Notes under the pieces: model-generated
What the model was told of the DNA's origin: nothing
What the model saw: only the letters and a program-made list of their open reading frames with translations
Databases searched by the model: none
Program-made: the position numbers and the translations under genes
NCBI RefSeq assembly: GCF_036321535.1
Contig: NC_087465.1
Span: 6,200,001 to 6,264,000, forward strand
Length of the DNA stretch: 64,000 nt
Reading direction: 5' to 3'
From: Camelus dromedarius
Lineage: Eukaryota
Shown: one piece after another, positions 50,601-63,244 of the stretch
Layout: every line of letters starts with the position of its first letter
Position numbering within the stretch: position 1 is the stretch's first letter

Positions 50601-51024
50601 CTTAAACTGTGGGAATCCTCATGTGACTGGGTAAAGAAGTCTTTGCTCTGGAGAAGGTTTGCATTTCCCTCCACCAGGCACAGAGATGTTACCAAACTGG
50701 GACCATTTTATTTTCTTTGTTTGGAGTTTTGAAGATTACATGGGTAGTGAAAATTTGAGCCTGAGCTTCCTGTGACAGCAGGCATATAATTACAAATTCC
50801 TGGGAAGACCATCATTATTCTTTTTAAATTTTTATTATTGTTACTATTATTAATAATATTTTCCACCTGGAGCTGTAGTGAAAAAAGAGAGATTTCCCTG
50901 TGGGTTGTTTTGCCAGTAGGTGTGTTTCTCTAGCCCACCCTTTTCCTGGAGAGTAAGCCCCTTTGAGTTTGAGGTTCCTCTCTCACTTTGTATCAGTCCA
51001 AAGAGCCCATTTCCATAACCATTA

Positions 51025-51225
51025 AGGGTTTTCTTAAAGGATCAGGGTAAATATTTTAAGCTTGCAGGCCATATGGTCTCTGATGCAAATACTCAGCTCT
51101 GCTGTTGTAGCACAAAAGCAGCCATAAACGATATGTGGATGAATGGGCATGGCAATGTGCCAATAAAACTTTATTTACAAAAACAGGTGGTAGGCCTGTG
51201 TGCTGTGGTTTGCTAATAATCCCTA
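51025..51225. mobile_element. MER58A (hAT-Charlie MITE)
   Basis: gtaaatattttaagcttgcaggccatatggtctctg...gcagccataaac...ccaataaaactttatttacaaaaacagg. Confidence 0.9.
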
Positions 51226-51869
51226 CTGCAGAATCCTGGCATTGGCATTGGTTTCCTGAGCAGCCCCAGCTCCTGAGTTTTCTTATGGCTTATTTTGTTT
51301 TGTTTTATTTTACTTTATGTTTCTGAGAATTTCTCTTATTCAGCAATTCATTTAATACTTCAATCTATCCAGCATCTCAGTATTTTGAAATGAAAGAGTT
51401 TTCAAAGTATCTAGTCTTCTGTATTTCTAACAGCAAAACTTAATCATTTATCTCTCCCTCTTAGCTTACGTCCTGTTTCAGCTAAGCAAACCCTGATAAG
51501 TTAACTAAAGGACAACCACCTGTTTTTCCTTAAGCATGTCCCCAAGCCCTTCAGCATCTTGTCGCACCGAGTTATAGCTCCTCTTCCATCTGAGAGCTTA
51601 TAGGCTCAGGTTAGCGGGATTGCAGAGGCAATATCCTAAGATGCTGACCTCTCTTCTGTCATGACAAAGGATGGGGTTGAAGAAACGGGGGTTCTGTGTG
51701 AGTGTGGCGTCCTGAAAGCTCTCTCAGCCTGTCTACTGGGCCTCTCCTACACATCTTTCACTGCTCCAGGGCTTGGGGTTTACAGGTAGAAAAGGCAGAA
51801 AAAACTCCTGCTCTCTGGGACCTGGCATTTTAATGGGGAGGAACAGAAGATAAATAAGTGAGTAAAACC

Positions 51870-52170
51870 AGAAACTACCAGGAAATGAGAGTACTATGTT
51901 GAAAATAAAAGAAGTTTTCATAGCGGATGACTGAGAGGTTGTTTTTGTTTGTTTATTTTTGTGATTGGATGGTAGGGGAGGGAGGCTCAGTGAGGAGGCA
52001 ATGTTTAAAACCTGGCTTGAATAAGATAAAGGACCAAGTTCTGTAAAGGTCTGAGGCAGGAGAGAGGAGCATTAAACAGAGAGCAAGAGCCAGTGCAGAG
52101 GCTGTAAAATGAGAGTGTTTTTGGTATTTCCATGGGTCAGAGAAAATACTAGTGAGGCTGAGCTAGAGTA
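51870..52170 (-). mobile_element. L2 fragment
   Basis: ggaggctcagtgaggaggcaatgttt...gagcaagagccagtgcagaggct. Confidence 0.55.
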
Positions 52171-52564
52171 ACACAACATTAAAGCAAAAAAGTATCAAGA
52201 AGAAGAATGGTAATCTGAGAAACAGTGAAACAAGCCCAGGAGCACAGTGAAAAGGAGCCCTGGGCTGACAGCTGTGCAGCCGTCTCAGAAAACAAGTGGT
52301 CCAAACGAGCACAGGACGGCCGAGGGCCCGTAAAGACGGCCTTCAGTAAGAAAGGGGGTTGCATCACGCACATTACGCGATTAAGAACCTGGGAGAATTT
52401 CATGATAAGTGCATATGTCTTCTCTTAGTCAGAAAAAAAGGACATAGAAATTGTGAGAAAAATAAACATTTTATAAGAGATTTATAGTTCAAATATGAAG
52501 TAAGTTGAAATGTGGCATGATTTCGATCAGCTGATGTAATTTAAGAGAAGAGGACACATTTGAT

Positions 52565-53300
52565 CTTTTTACAATTGAACTATAGGCAATGTGCGGTATT
52601 ATGTTAGTTTCAGGTGTACCACATGATGATTTGACGTTTACATATGTTATAAAATGATCACCATGGTGAGCCTGGTAACCACCTGTCCCCATACCAGGTT
52701 ATTACAGTATTACTGACCATACTCCTTATGCTGTCTATTACATCTCATGACTGACTTGTTATAAAACTAGGGGCGTGTGCCTCTTAACCCCCTTCACCTA
52801 TCTTGCCCACCCCTACCCTCTCCCCTCTGATGACCACCAGTTTGTTCTCTGTATCTATGAGTTTTGGTTTGTTTTGCTTGTTTTGTTTTTTTTGCACATA
52901 CAAGTGAGATCGGGCTGTATTTGTCTTTCTCTGTCTGACTTACTTCACTTCCCATAATGCCTCAAGGTCCATCCATGCTGTTGCAAATGGCAAAATTTCC
53001 TTCCTTTTTATGGCTAATATTTGGTTAGAATTCTATCACGTTTTCTTTATCTGTTCATCTATCAGTGGACACTCAGGTTGCTTCCGTACCTTGGCCACGT
53101 CTTGGCTATTGTAAATAATGCCATAGTGAACATCGGGATGCGGATATCTTTTCAAATGAATGTGTTTGTTTTCTCAGTTCCTAGATCAGATGGCAGTTCT
53201 GTTTTTAGCTTTTCGAGGCACCTCCATCTTGTCCTCCACAGTGGCTGCACCAATTTACATTCCCACCAACAGTGCACGAAGCTTCCCTTTTCTCCCTGTC
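52565..53300 (-). mobile_element. L1MA-type 3' fragment
   Basis: tatgttagtttcaggtgtac...gttctctgtatctatgag...gtccatccatgctgttgcaaatggc...cagtggctgcaccaatttacattcccaccaacagtg. Confidence 0.92.
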
Positions 53301-53989
53301 TGCCTTCGATCTTGATGTGGGGCCCACTCTCCTCTGGGCAGGACAAGCTCAGTGATGGGCTTGAACTTCTTCCTAAGGGAAAAAGTCTGCTACACAGACT
53401 TTTCTCTGAGCACAGTCACATCACTCAGCGCTGCAGCGGATGAGATTCATACAGTAACAATGTTATTATTGGTGTTGTTTTGAAATTTAGAGTCAACCTT
53501 GATTGATGAAGCAAGAAGGACCCAAACATGGTTAGGGACAGAAAGTAACTGCTGCCAGCCTTGACGCCAAACAAGACTGGGGCACGACACGATCTGTACA
53601 CCCATTTCCCCGTCTTCCATAGTGTGTCAGAGGGCTGAGGCTTTGAGGGGGAATTTAAAATTTAAACGCTTTAAAACTTTAAAAACTCCCTGACTGTCTT
53701 CCTTTTGTAACCTTATCTGAGAAAGAGTTCTCCTTCATTTCTTTTATTCTGCAGTACTTACGGAATGTTGCCAGTATTCCAGATGTCACGTACTGGGGGA
53801 CAAGTGGAGAGAGAACAAGACGAAAAACATGCCCCTGCCCTCATGTAGCTTCTGTTTCAGTGCAGGAGAATGTGCCTTTCTACAAGTACCCAAAGGTAAA
53901 GAAATGGGGTGTCAGTGACGTCTCGGCCACACTCGCCGGCTCCCCAGGCTCAGTTGCCGTGTGTGTCGTCAGGGCGCCTCACTCTGTCT

Positions 53990-54483
53990 TCAGGCCAGAT
54001 CTCCGTCCTGAGCCTGAGCCTGAGCCTGAGATCTGCGTGTCTACGTGCCTAGTAAGCATCTCGAAACCTGATCTTCCTCCACATCCTGCAGCTCTGTCAG
54101 AAGATATCTTCCTCCCTCTTCCTCTGTCCTTCCCTCCACCCGCCCACACACCACCCCATGGCCAGCGGATTACCAAGCTTTGCTGGTTCTGCCGCCTGGG
54201 GAGAAGTCCCCTCCCGACCATGGTCCTGTGCCTGCGGCTCCCTCTCAGTCCTGGCCGTTATTTGTCACTCAGATTATCCCAACATGCCCTTCATGCTCTC
54301 CAGTCCGGTTTCCCCACCACGGCCAGAGCAACCTTTCAAACACATGAATCTGATTACCTCATTAATCTGCCTAAAGTCTTTCAATGACTTCCCAGTGTCC
54401 CTTAGGAAAAAGTTCAAATTCTTTCGTATGGCTTCAAAGTCTCTCCCTCCCTCTCTCTCTCTCTTTCTCTCTCTCACTATGTG

Positions 54484-54522
<39 letters not shown>

Positions 54523-54640
54523 GCATGCAGGTTTGCTGCTCTTTCCAGAATGTTCTCTCCATCACCTAGGTCTCCTCTACCAGGGTTTTCCCACCCTTCC
54601 TGTGCGCTCACACTTGGCTATGAGCCTCTCCTTATTTTAG
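53990..54640 (+). mobile_element. L2 fragment with embedded (CCTGAG)4 and (CT)n/(CA)n
   Basis: ctcgaaacctgatctt...ccacggccagagcaacctttcaaac...gtctttcaatgacttcccag...aagttcaaattc; microsatellites at 54007-54030 and 54440-54520. Confidence 0.7.
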
Positions 54641-54669
54641 GGTCCCAGTGACTGTGTCTGGGGCAGCGT

Positions 54670-54830
54670 GATTATACAGTGGAAGTCCTGGGGTCCCACC
54701 CCTTGGTTCAAATCCTGATTCTACCACTTCCTTGGGCAAGTTACTTAACGTCTCTTATAGCTGTGTGAGCATCTGTAAAATGGGGATCACGGTGAAGGTC
54801 CCTCACAGGTGGTTGCAAGATGTGTGACCC
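54670..54830 (+). mobile_element. MIR SINE
   Basis: ttggttcaaatcctgattctaccacttccttgggcaagttacttaac...catctgtaaaatggggat. Confidence 0.8.
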
Positions 54831-57334
54831 GCCCCGCCGTGTGTCTTCTCTACCGTTGTGCCTTTTACTGTGACTCACACTTCTGGTCTCAGCTCGGTGA
54901 GGCTCTCAGGGAGGTCTTCCTGGAGATGCCCTCCGTTTTCGTGGCTCCCCTGTCTCCAGTCCCGGCACACAGCCCCCTTTATTGTCCTCACTGGCGGGTG
55001 CTGCTAGCACGATGGTGGTGGTTGACTGCCTTGCGGGGGCTCCCTGGGCGTGGAGACCAAGCTCTTGGTCTCATAACATTCTCAGTGTTCGGTAAAGTGC
55101 TCTGCACATGGTCAGGCTCCATAAAAAAGGAATAAATACGGAAAGCATGGGAAAGATGCAGGATTTAGTTAATCTGCCTTGACCTTGGAAACAACTGTCT
55201 GACCTTGAGAGTTGTGGACCCTGGACCACTTGAGCAGCAAAGTTCCACGTTTGGAAATACATTCTTTCCTCTGTAGTTTAGAGCAGCTTTAAAAATGTAT
55301 TTCTTTATTGGCTTTAAAAAAATGCTTGTTTTCCAGCCACGTTTCTAACTTAGAGACAATTATGAGATGTCCAAATGCTGGAGGTGTAGAGGTGGGCTTG
55401 CAGAGAATGCGCCCCTCAGCCCTGGGCACCTTTCTGCCTTTGGAGGGGGGTCCATTTTTAAGAGGCTGTGTTATTCATTCAGTCACCCACCACAAGCCCC
55501 GTGCACATCTGTCATGGGAGCCACTGGTGCTTCTCCCTCGAGGGTGTTCCTCTGCCCTGAAGCTAGTGGACCAGTGTGTTTGTGTGTGTGTTGGGTGGCA
55601 GAGGAGGGGGGGTGTGTGTGTAATAGGAGCCCAGGCAGTGATTTGGCTCCTTTAAGAGTGCAGACAAGCTCCAGGAGTCCTGTGGCTCCCACCCCTCAGC
55701 AGGGCAGCCAGCAGCAGAGCCCAGCTGTCGCAGGCCCCGAGGGGACCTCGCTGTGTTTACATGGATGGTCATGTGGCAACCTCTCCCAGCTCACAGGCGG
55801 GCTGCACAGTTACCTCATCTGCGGTCCAATGACCTCATCCACGTGAAATGCGGCAAGTGCGAGACAGGAGCAGAACGGCCCAGCCTCTCACCCGGAGCTC
55901 GGGGGAAGCTGTCCTGGACGATGGCTCAGGAAATCAGCTGGAGGGCTGTCCACTCAGTAATTGCTCCCAGCCAGGAGCCGATTCAGAAGTCAAGTGGATG
56001 TGTCTCCTGAAGGGGGGGAGGTGGGAGGCTGGGAGGTGCCTGTGCAGAAATGTCTGTGCCCACCCTGGGAGCTGCTCATCTCAGGGGATTTGCGTCCCCC
56101 ACAGGAAGGACCACTGACCTCAGGCCAGGCAGAGCCACCATCACCCCCCTGCACTGCCCCTCCCACCAGCCACTGAAGCACTTTGAAGATGTTGATGCAC
56201 AAACAGGATAAGAAATACACCACAAATGCAGAGAAAGGCACGTGCTCTCTTGACTTGGGGGTAGAAGCATCACTAGATATTGTGGGTTTTTTTTTTCCTA
56301 TTGTTTATCACTTTCCTTGAATTATATTTGCTTTCCCCCTCCAAAAAATATTGCATGTGATGACTAGGAATATAAAATAAATTACCTTGGCCATAGGCGG
56401 CTGGGTTTATTAGCTCCTTTCAAGCTCTTCACAATGTAAAGGACAGGCTGACCTAGAGTGATCTGCTTCCAGGCAGCTCCCTCTCCTCCTGGTAACAGGA
56501 GCCCTGCTATTTGTGCATTTAACAGCTTAACCCTTTGAGTCACCCAGAGCACTCTCTGTGTCCTTTCTGGGATTTCTTTTGGGAGAAAGCGATAGTACGC
56601 TTAAATTTTAACGCAGCAGATTTCTGTTATCCGTATCATGTAGATATTAAAAAAAATTTAAAACAAAGATGAAAAACAAGCCTTGTAAATAAAAAGGAAA
56701 GAGACAACACAAAAGTCAAATAGCTTCAGAGGTCAAGAATTTCTTTGGAGAAGGTCTGTACGATGAAGGTCTTGTCAAGGGTGGGTGGCTTACGCCTTCT
56801 AAAGAGTAAGTGTCAATAAACGTGCAGAGTCATCCCCCTGATTACATGGAGATCAATTAGCGATCTTGGAGCCCTTGCTCTTTTCCTTTAAATGCCCGAC
56901 AAAACCAGTTACTAAAGGTGGGATCTAAGTCTTGCAGGGAGGGAAGCAAACGCTTGGCTGTAATGATCAAAAGAGCAGAGGTCGTCGTTTCGATGGGGTG
57001 TTTGCTATTTACTCCCATGATGGACTTGACAATAGTCTTCCTTATTAGCAAGCCGGGATCAGCACTGGAGAGTGTGCAAATAATCTCCCCCAAATCTGGA
57101 TTCCAGGACACTCCTCCTGCACACAGACAAATGCCCCCGTGAGCAAATTGCAACCCCTTTCCCCCCACCTCCCCCAGCCTGTCCAGAGTCACCGAGGCTG
57201 CTGGCAAATGGGTTTTCAGAGCAAGGTAAGCACCATGGAGGCTGTATATTTAAACAATTATGGGGCCTGTGTGTGTGTGTCTGCCTCCTGCTGCACAGTC
57301 CCGAGCAAGATGGTGTGATGTGTGCACTTTACAT

Positions 57335-57514
57335 NNNNNNNNNNNNNNNNNNNNNNNNNNNNNNNNNNNNNNNNNNNNNNNNNNNNNNNNNNNNNNNNNN
57401 NNNNNNNNNNNNNNNNNNNNNNNNNNNNNNNNNNNNNNNNNNNNNNNNNNNNNNNNNNNNNNNNNNNNNNNNNNNNNNNNNNNNNNNNNNNNNNNNNNNN
57501 NNNNNNNNNNNNNN
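57335..57514. other. Assembly gap (180 N)
   Basis: Run of N. Confidence 0.99.
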
Positions 57515-57719
57515 CAGCTGTTCCAGGCTGGCATGTGGTAGCATATTAAAAGGAAGATTACCATTTCCCATTTTCCCCCCTTCTGACGGCTTGATGTGCA
57601 TATATGAAACTTGTGGAGAAAAAGAGGCATAATGAGACGAGGAAGCAGGGTCTCCAGGCACTAGTCGGCGCACATCTGGAGTATGTAGCATTCTAGAGAT
57701 AGTTACTTATTCCCAGGAG

Positions 57720-58870
57720 CCGCCACCGGGGTGGGAATGGTGGCCCGGTATCCATGGCAGCTTCCCTATCGCACCGTGCCAGGTGTGCGTGTGTGCGATT
57801 TCTTGGAAAGGCTGTCCTCGGAGGGAGCAGGGAGGGGAGAGGATGGGAGAGGAGAAGAGAGGAGGGAGAAAACAGAAGGGAGGTAATTAGAAACCGCCTC
57901 GCCCAGCGGAGCCAGCGCAGGCGGCTGAAATCAGGAGTGGGCGCTGGAAGGGCGCGGATGGAGTCAGATGGTGCTCACAGCGCCTTACCCGCGCCTGCCA
58001 GCTCCTCCGGTTGTTTCTATGGGGACGAGACCAGGGAGGAGATGCCCTGGGGCCAGAAGAGCCGCCCGGATGACAACACCAAGCGGGACGGGCCCCAGAA
58101 GGTCCTAGCCTACCATGCAGCATGATACTGGTTTTTAACTGACAGCCTGAGTTCTTGATGGTTTTTTCCCCCTAGTTAAGAAATCAGGAGTGTTTCAAAC
58201 CTGGTTGGCTGCTATTTAGGAAGAGGCTTCATAGGGTCGCATTTTCACTGGACAATTGATCTTTATGTTCCCATTTAACGAGGAGAGAATGTAGGGTAGT
58301 TCAGAGCTGCATGGACCTGCCTTACCCTAAGAGCGGGGTCGGGAAGTTTTCCCAGGAAGAGAGTTCGTTATAGTTTCATAGCTTCGTGGAATTCATGGAT
58401 TGTTTCTTTCTTTTTTTTTTTTTTCTGAGCTGCAGGACTGTGAGGTTCCAGATGCCCCGTGTAAGACAATGCCCCCCAGGGGAGAGTCAGGGCGGGGAGG
58501 TGTGAGGTCCAGCTCGAGGCCACCCTAAACCAGGGCTGTAAACAGCAGCTGCGTCTATTGTGCGTGCCAAGTGCTGCCTGTTCCTCGAGGTCTCCTCACT
58601 CCTTGTTTCCTTCTCTTAAGCCAGATGCGACCATCAGGAGTTTGGCAGCTCCTGGGCGGATCCCAGATGGTGGGAACTGGGGAAGGACGTGGAGGGGCAC
58701 GCAGCGGGCGGGGGCCCAGGCGGCCTGCCCTGTCCCAGGGCTTGGTCTTCCTCCGTCTCCGCATCTGACCTGCTGTCCCGCCACCCGGCTCTCTAGATGT
58801 GGCAGCTGAGGCCAAGTGGGGAAGCGACGCCTCACGTGTCTGACCTTCGAGCTCCAGTGCGGGCACGTGG
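57720..58870. promoter_or_regulatory. CpG-rich element (57720-58110 and 58480-58870)
   Basis: Local CpG clusters and a purine-rich leader in repeat-free sequence. Confidence 0.55.
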
Positions 58871-59519
58871 AGGGCGCAGGGCATAGCTCAGGAGGGCAGA
58901 TGATGGCCCAGGTGTACTCAGAGGGACCGTGATCAGGTCGCCCCCCGGTGGAGGGCAGGAAGTGGGTAATCAGGGGAACTGTGTGCTGCTGGGACCCTGC
59001 GGACCCTGGGTCATGACAGACGAGGGTGTGGGCAGGAAAAGACAGGGACACTTCGCTCAGCCACAGCTGGCAAAGGGGCTCATTAACTCCCCCGCTGACA
59101 GGGAAGAGACGTCACCCTGGAAGCCATATTCCTTCTAGTTAATTGTGTGTGTGTGTTTACCCTTTAAGACCCTGTGGGTTCAGATGTTAATTCATTTCCT
59201 CTTGTTTCTTCTTTCCTCCTTCTTCTCCCAAGCTAGAGAACCTTTTGAGATAGGAATCAAAAGCATTGTCTGGAATAAGTTGAACCCCAAGGAGCACAGC
59301 TGAGTCAGCAGCACAGAATGGAGGTCAGGAAAGCAGCTCATCCCTGTCCCTGCATTAAAGGTTGTGGCCTGGGGGAAAGGACCCACGAGAGCAGCCTTTG
59401 TCTTTCTGTCCTCCTCTTTTCATGGAGCTGATGAGAGTCACTGTGAGACTTATCTTTGGAGGTGCTCCGCTGTCCCACTGTGTCTGACAGCTCTTTCTGA
59501 ATTACACAGCAGTGAATTC

Positions 59520-59970
59520 TTCTACAGCTGGTGGAAGTGAGGTGGGCAGAGCCATTCTGGAGAGCAATTCAAAAATCGTATATTATGCCTTTTATGAACT
59601 CTTTCACACGTCCGAATGGAAACACGCATGTGTAAGGATGCCCCTGACGGCATCACTTTGGGTCCCAGGGAGTTGGAGACAATATAGGTGTCCATCATTT
59701 GGGGAAGAGGTAGATGAGACGTGGTAGAAGCTTCTGGGGGAACACCATGCAGCAATGCGGCAATGGCTAGATGTAATTCCCTAGAAGGAGTGTTGAGTGA
59801 AAAAGTAAGACGTAGAACAAGATCTCTAGCGTGATATTATTTTAATAAAGTTAGAAAAAGCACACACACACTAACAACACTCTATCTTTAAGATATGAAC
59901 GTTTCCAAGGCCACATTCCTGACACTTTAGACAGGTGTCTGTTGGGTGGGGAGAGAGGAAGGAGACAGGT
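59520..59970 (+). mobile_element. Old L1ME/L1MC 3' fragment
   Basis: gccattctggagagcaatt...gtaaggatgccc...gtgtccatcatttgggg...gtgttgagtgaaaaag. Confidence 0.6.
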
Positions 59971-60952
59971 CATGGGGTCAAGGATACAGGGAAAAAATTC
60001 AAATAAAATTAAAGAAGGGAAAGATTGCATACTGCCCAATTATAATGTGCCATGGATTGAAGAAACAGTAACTCAGCTCTGGATCTGCATTCCTACGTAT
60101 AAAAATTCTCTCGCATCCATCTGTTTACCTCTAAAATACCGTAGTTCCTGTGATAGGAGCCACTGTAGAAGTGGGTGAATGCATATATAACACCACCGGC
60201 AACAATCAATCATCAAACACTCTTTAAACCGGTACTACGGGTTGAATCTTGTGCTGGGTATGGTGGGGCCTGCGGGAGACCTGGGGATTTTGTCCTTGTT
60301 CTTAGCCTGCAGCTTGGAAATCATATGTGAAATTACAGCGTGCAATTCATAACAGTTTGTAATTAAGGCCCAAACTGCGTAAGACATAGCACATGAGTTG
60401 TGGGAGATTGAAAAATAACATAAAAAGATTGTTAGTGAGACCAGTAGAAGTTGGGAGAAATTAATGCGGAAAGAAGCTTGGTACTGGGCCATGAAGGATG
60501 GGGGGCTTGGCTTGGAGGAGAGGAGGCAGACTAGGGGCCGCCCGGGGAGCAGCCGGGCCTGGCGGAGAGGCAGGTGTGAGATGTGGAGGATGTGGGATGC
60601 AGTGCACGCTGGCCCTGTGGCCTGGAAGGCTTCAGTCCCTGAGAACAAGGTTTCCGCACCCACCCTCCCATCCCCATCCTCTGGGAGCCCCAGGAAACCA
60701 CTCTGTGTACTGTCTGCAGAGCCTGCTCTGGGTGCAGGCTCCTGAGAGTGAGATTTGGGATTCGGCCAGGAGGCAGCCTCTCCCACCTCGGCGCTCCCTT
60801 TCTCTTAGTTTCCCTCTTGGGGATGCCTGCCCTGCTTTCTCCTTCCATGAGACAATGAGAAAGGGTCACATTTTCAAGTGACAGTCCTACCTCAGCCATG
60901 TTACACAGGCCATTCTCATGCCACTCACCTTCCCACGATCATTTTGCAAGAT

Positions 60953-60990
60953 TTTTTTTTGTGTGTATATACATTTTTATTGAAGTATAG
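60953..60990 (-). mobile_element. Ultra-short (38 bp) L1 3'-tip insertion with TSD
   Basis: Reverse complement ctatacttcaataaaaatgtatatacacac-A8, flanked by tttgcaagat at 60943-60952 and 60991-61000. Confidence 0.65.
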
Positions 60991-61429
60991 TTTGCAAGAT
61001 ATTTTTAAAAATCAAAATTGTACATGCATGAGTTTAAAGGGTCAGCCAGTACTGTGAGGTTTGTTAGAAAAAAACAAAAACCAACCCCCCAAACCGGGAG
61101 TCTCGAGCCCCTTCCCCTCCACTTCTCCTTACTCGGGGCGTTCATGTGGAGCTATGTTGATAGAATCCTTTTGTGTTTATTTCTGTGTTTCTATTTAATA
61201 GGATTACATTGCTGCTTTTTAATTTTTCAGTTTCAGGCATTTAGGATTTAGCTTTCTTTCCTCTTCCTCCCTTGATACAACAAACATTTCCCATCCCCAT
61301 CTTCCCTGTGGAGTTCGTATTATAATTTTGATTAAATGAATATTCAGAGTATGTTATTCAAAGCTGAGCCACGTACTAACTACAATTATTTTTCCTTTTC
61401 TGTATAACTTTTGGATTTCTCTGGATCTT

Positions 61430-61930
61430 AGCTGTCCAGTGCCTCTAGCCACATGGAGCTTTGGCGTTCTTGAAATGTGGCTACTGTGCCCAAGGAATTC
61501 ATTTTTAGTATTATTTCTTTTATATCCAAATTAATTCTTTTACATCTAAATTAAAAGCTGATGGCTTTCGGAAAACATTTAAGTATGTATGGAACACCTT
61601 TGGTAGGTGAATTACCTTTTCAACTGCAAGTTTAATGAAAACTAAATACAGCTGAAATCAAGTATTTCTGAGAAATTTCAGTGTGTAAACTGAAATGAGC
61701 TATGGATGCAAAATACACACTGGATCTCAAAGGCTTCATATGAAAAAGAATATAAAAATCTCAATAATTCTTATTGATTTTATGTTGAAATAATGTTTTG
61801 GATATATTAGCTTACATAAAATATACTATTGAAGTGAAATTAATTTCAGCTCTTTCTTTTAATGTGATTCCCCCCAAATTTAAAATCACATATGGGGTTC
61901 CCACTGTGTTTCTTCTCTAGGACACTGCTC
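61430..61930. mobile_element. Charlie1/MER33-type hAT element
   Basis: ctagccacatg...cttgaaatgtggctac...gtgaattacc ttttcaactg...aaatttaaaatcacatatgggg...ggacactgctct. Confidence 0.7.
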
Positions 61931-62199
61931 TGGGTTATAATTGTTTTGTTTGTTTATTTATTTGGTTTTCCATACATTTGTCAACCTCTGATCCTAGGCC
62001 AGTGTTCTAGGTCTCTCCTGAGATGAGCATTCACATAAGACACCTTCTCTCCATCTTCTGGGGGATTCTGTCTGTGGACTGGCTACTGCCATTCGGAGTC
62101 GGAGATCCCTCTTCTCGACTGGCCCTGGAGTTCCCTTTATCGGTCTGCTGTGTTGGAGCCTATGTCCTGGATCTCATATCTTCTTCCTTCTTGGCTCAT

Positions 62200-62900
62200 T
62201 CCTTTGTTTTATGAAACATACTCTCCCATAATTTCCTAAGAAACAGTGTGTAGGAGGTTAATTTTTCGTATGTCTGAAAGTAACTTCCTTCTACACCTGC
62301 CCTTGACTCATAGTTTGTCTGGGCAGATAATACGGGGATCATTTTGCAGAACCTGGAAGGCACCGCACCATTGTCTTTCAGCTCCGTGGGTTGCTGTTGA
62401 GAAATCCTAAGTCATTCAATTGCTTATCATTTGTATGTGATAGTTCTCTCAATCTCTCTTTCAGTCCTTTTCTCTTTCTCTTCTTGCAGAATCTTCTTTT
62501 TCCCACGGCTGCTGTGAAATTTCATGATAACGAGACTGGTGTGGCCTTCAGTTCTGGGAGGTGCCCTTGAACTCCTTTACTGGTGATTTCCTCCTCTCTG
62601 TTTTCTGTTCTTTTTCTCTGGAACCCTTTATTATTTGGATAAACAGATGGTTATTTGCCTGTACAAGTCCTCTAATTTCCGTTATCTTTTTTCTTTTATT
62701 TTCCATCTCTGTCTTTTGCTCTCCTTTCCAAAATGTTTCCTCAACTTATCTTCCAGCCCTTCTGCTGAGTTATTCATTTATACTATCGTTGATTTAATTC
62801 CCCAAAGCTCTTTTTTGTTCTTTGACTACTTTTCCTTTTTTTATCTTTTCGTATATTTATTCATCATTTGGATTTCCTTGTTTATGAGCTGCCTGTTTAT
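62200..62900 (-). mobile_element. Ancient L1M ORF1-region fragment
   Basis: Antisense L1M wording (tgtctgaaagt...ccattgtctttcagc...ttgctgttgagaaatc...gaaatttcatgata). Confidence 0.55.
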
Positions 62901-63244
62901 GTATTTCCCATTTTTATACTGTTTACCTTCGTACCGATTTTTTTTAACATTTTTTTATTGAGTTATAGTCATTCTACAGTGTTGTGTTAAATTCCAACGT
63001 AGAGCACAATTTTTCAGTTATACATGAACATACATACATTCATTGTCACATTCTCTTTCTCTGTGAGCCACCACAAGATCCTGTATATATTTCCCTGTGC
63101 TACACAGTACGATCTTGTTTTTCTATTCTACATTTTGAAGTCCCAGTCTGTCCCTTCCCACCCCTTGTCCCCCTGGAAACCACAAGTTTGTATTCTGTCT
63201 ATGAGTCTGTTTCTGTTTTGTATTTATGTTTTTGTTTTTTTCTT

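Noticed and set aside
57754-58125. 123-aa plus-strand ORF in the CpG element
   Set aside because: Derived from purine-rich and GC-rich low-complexity sequence; no recognised homology and no splice support
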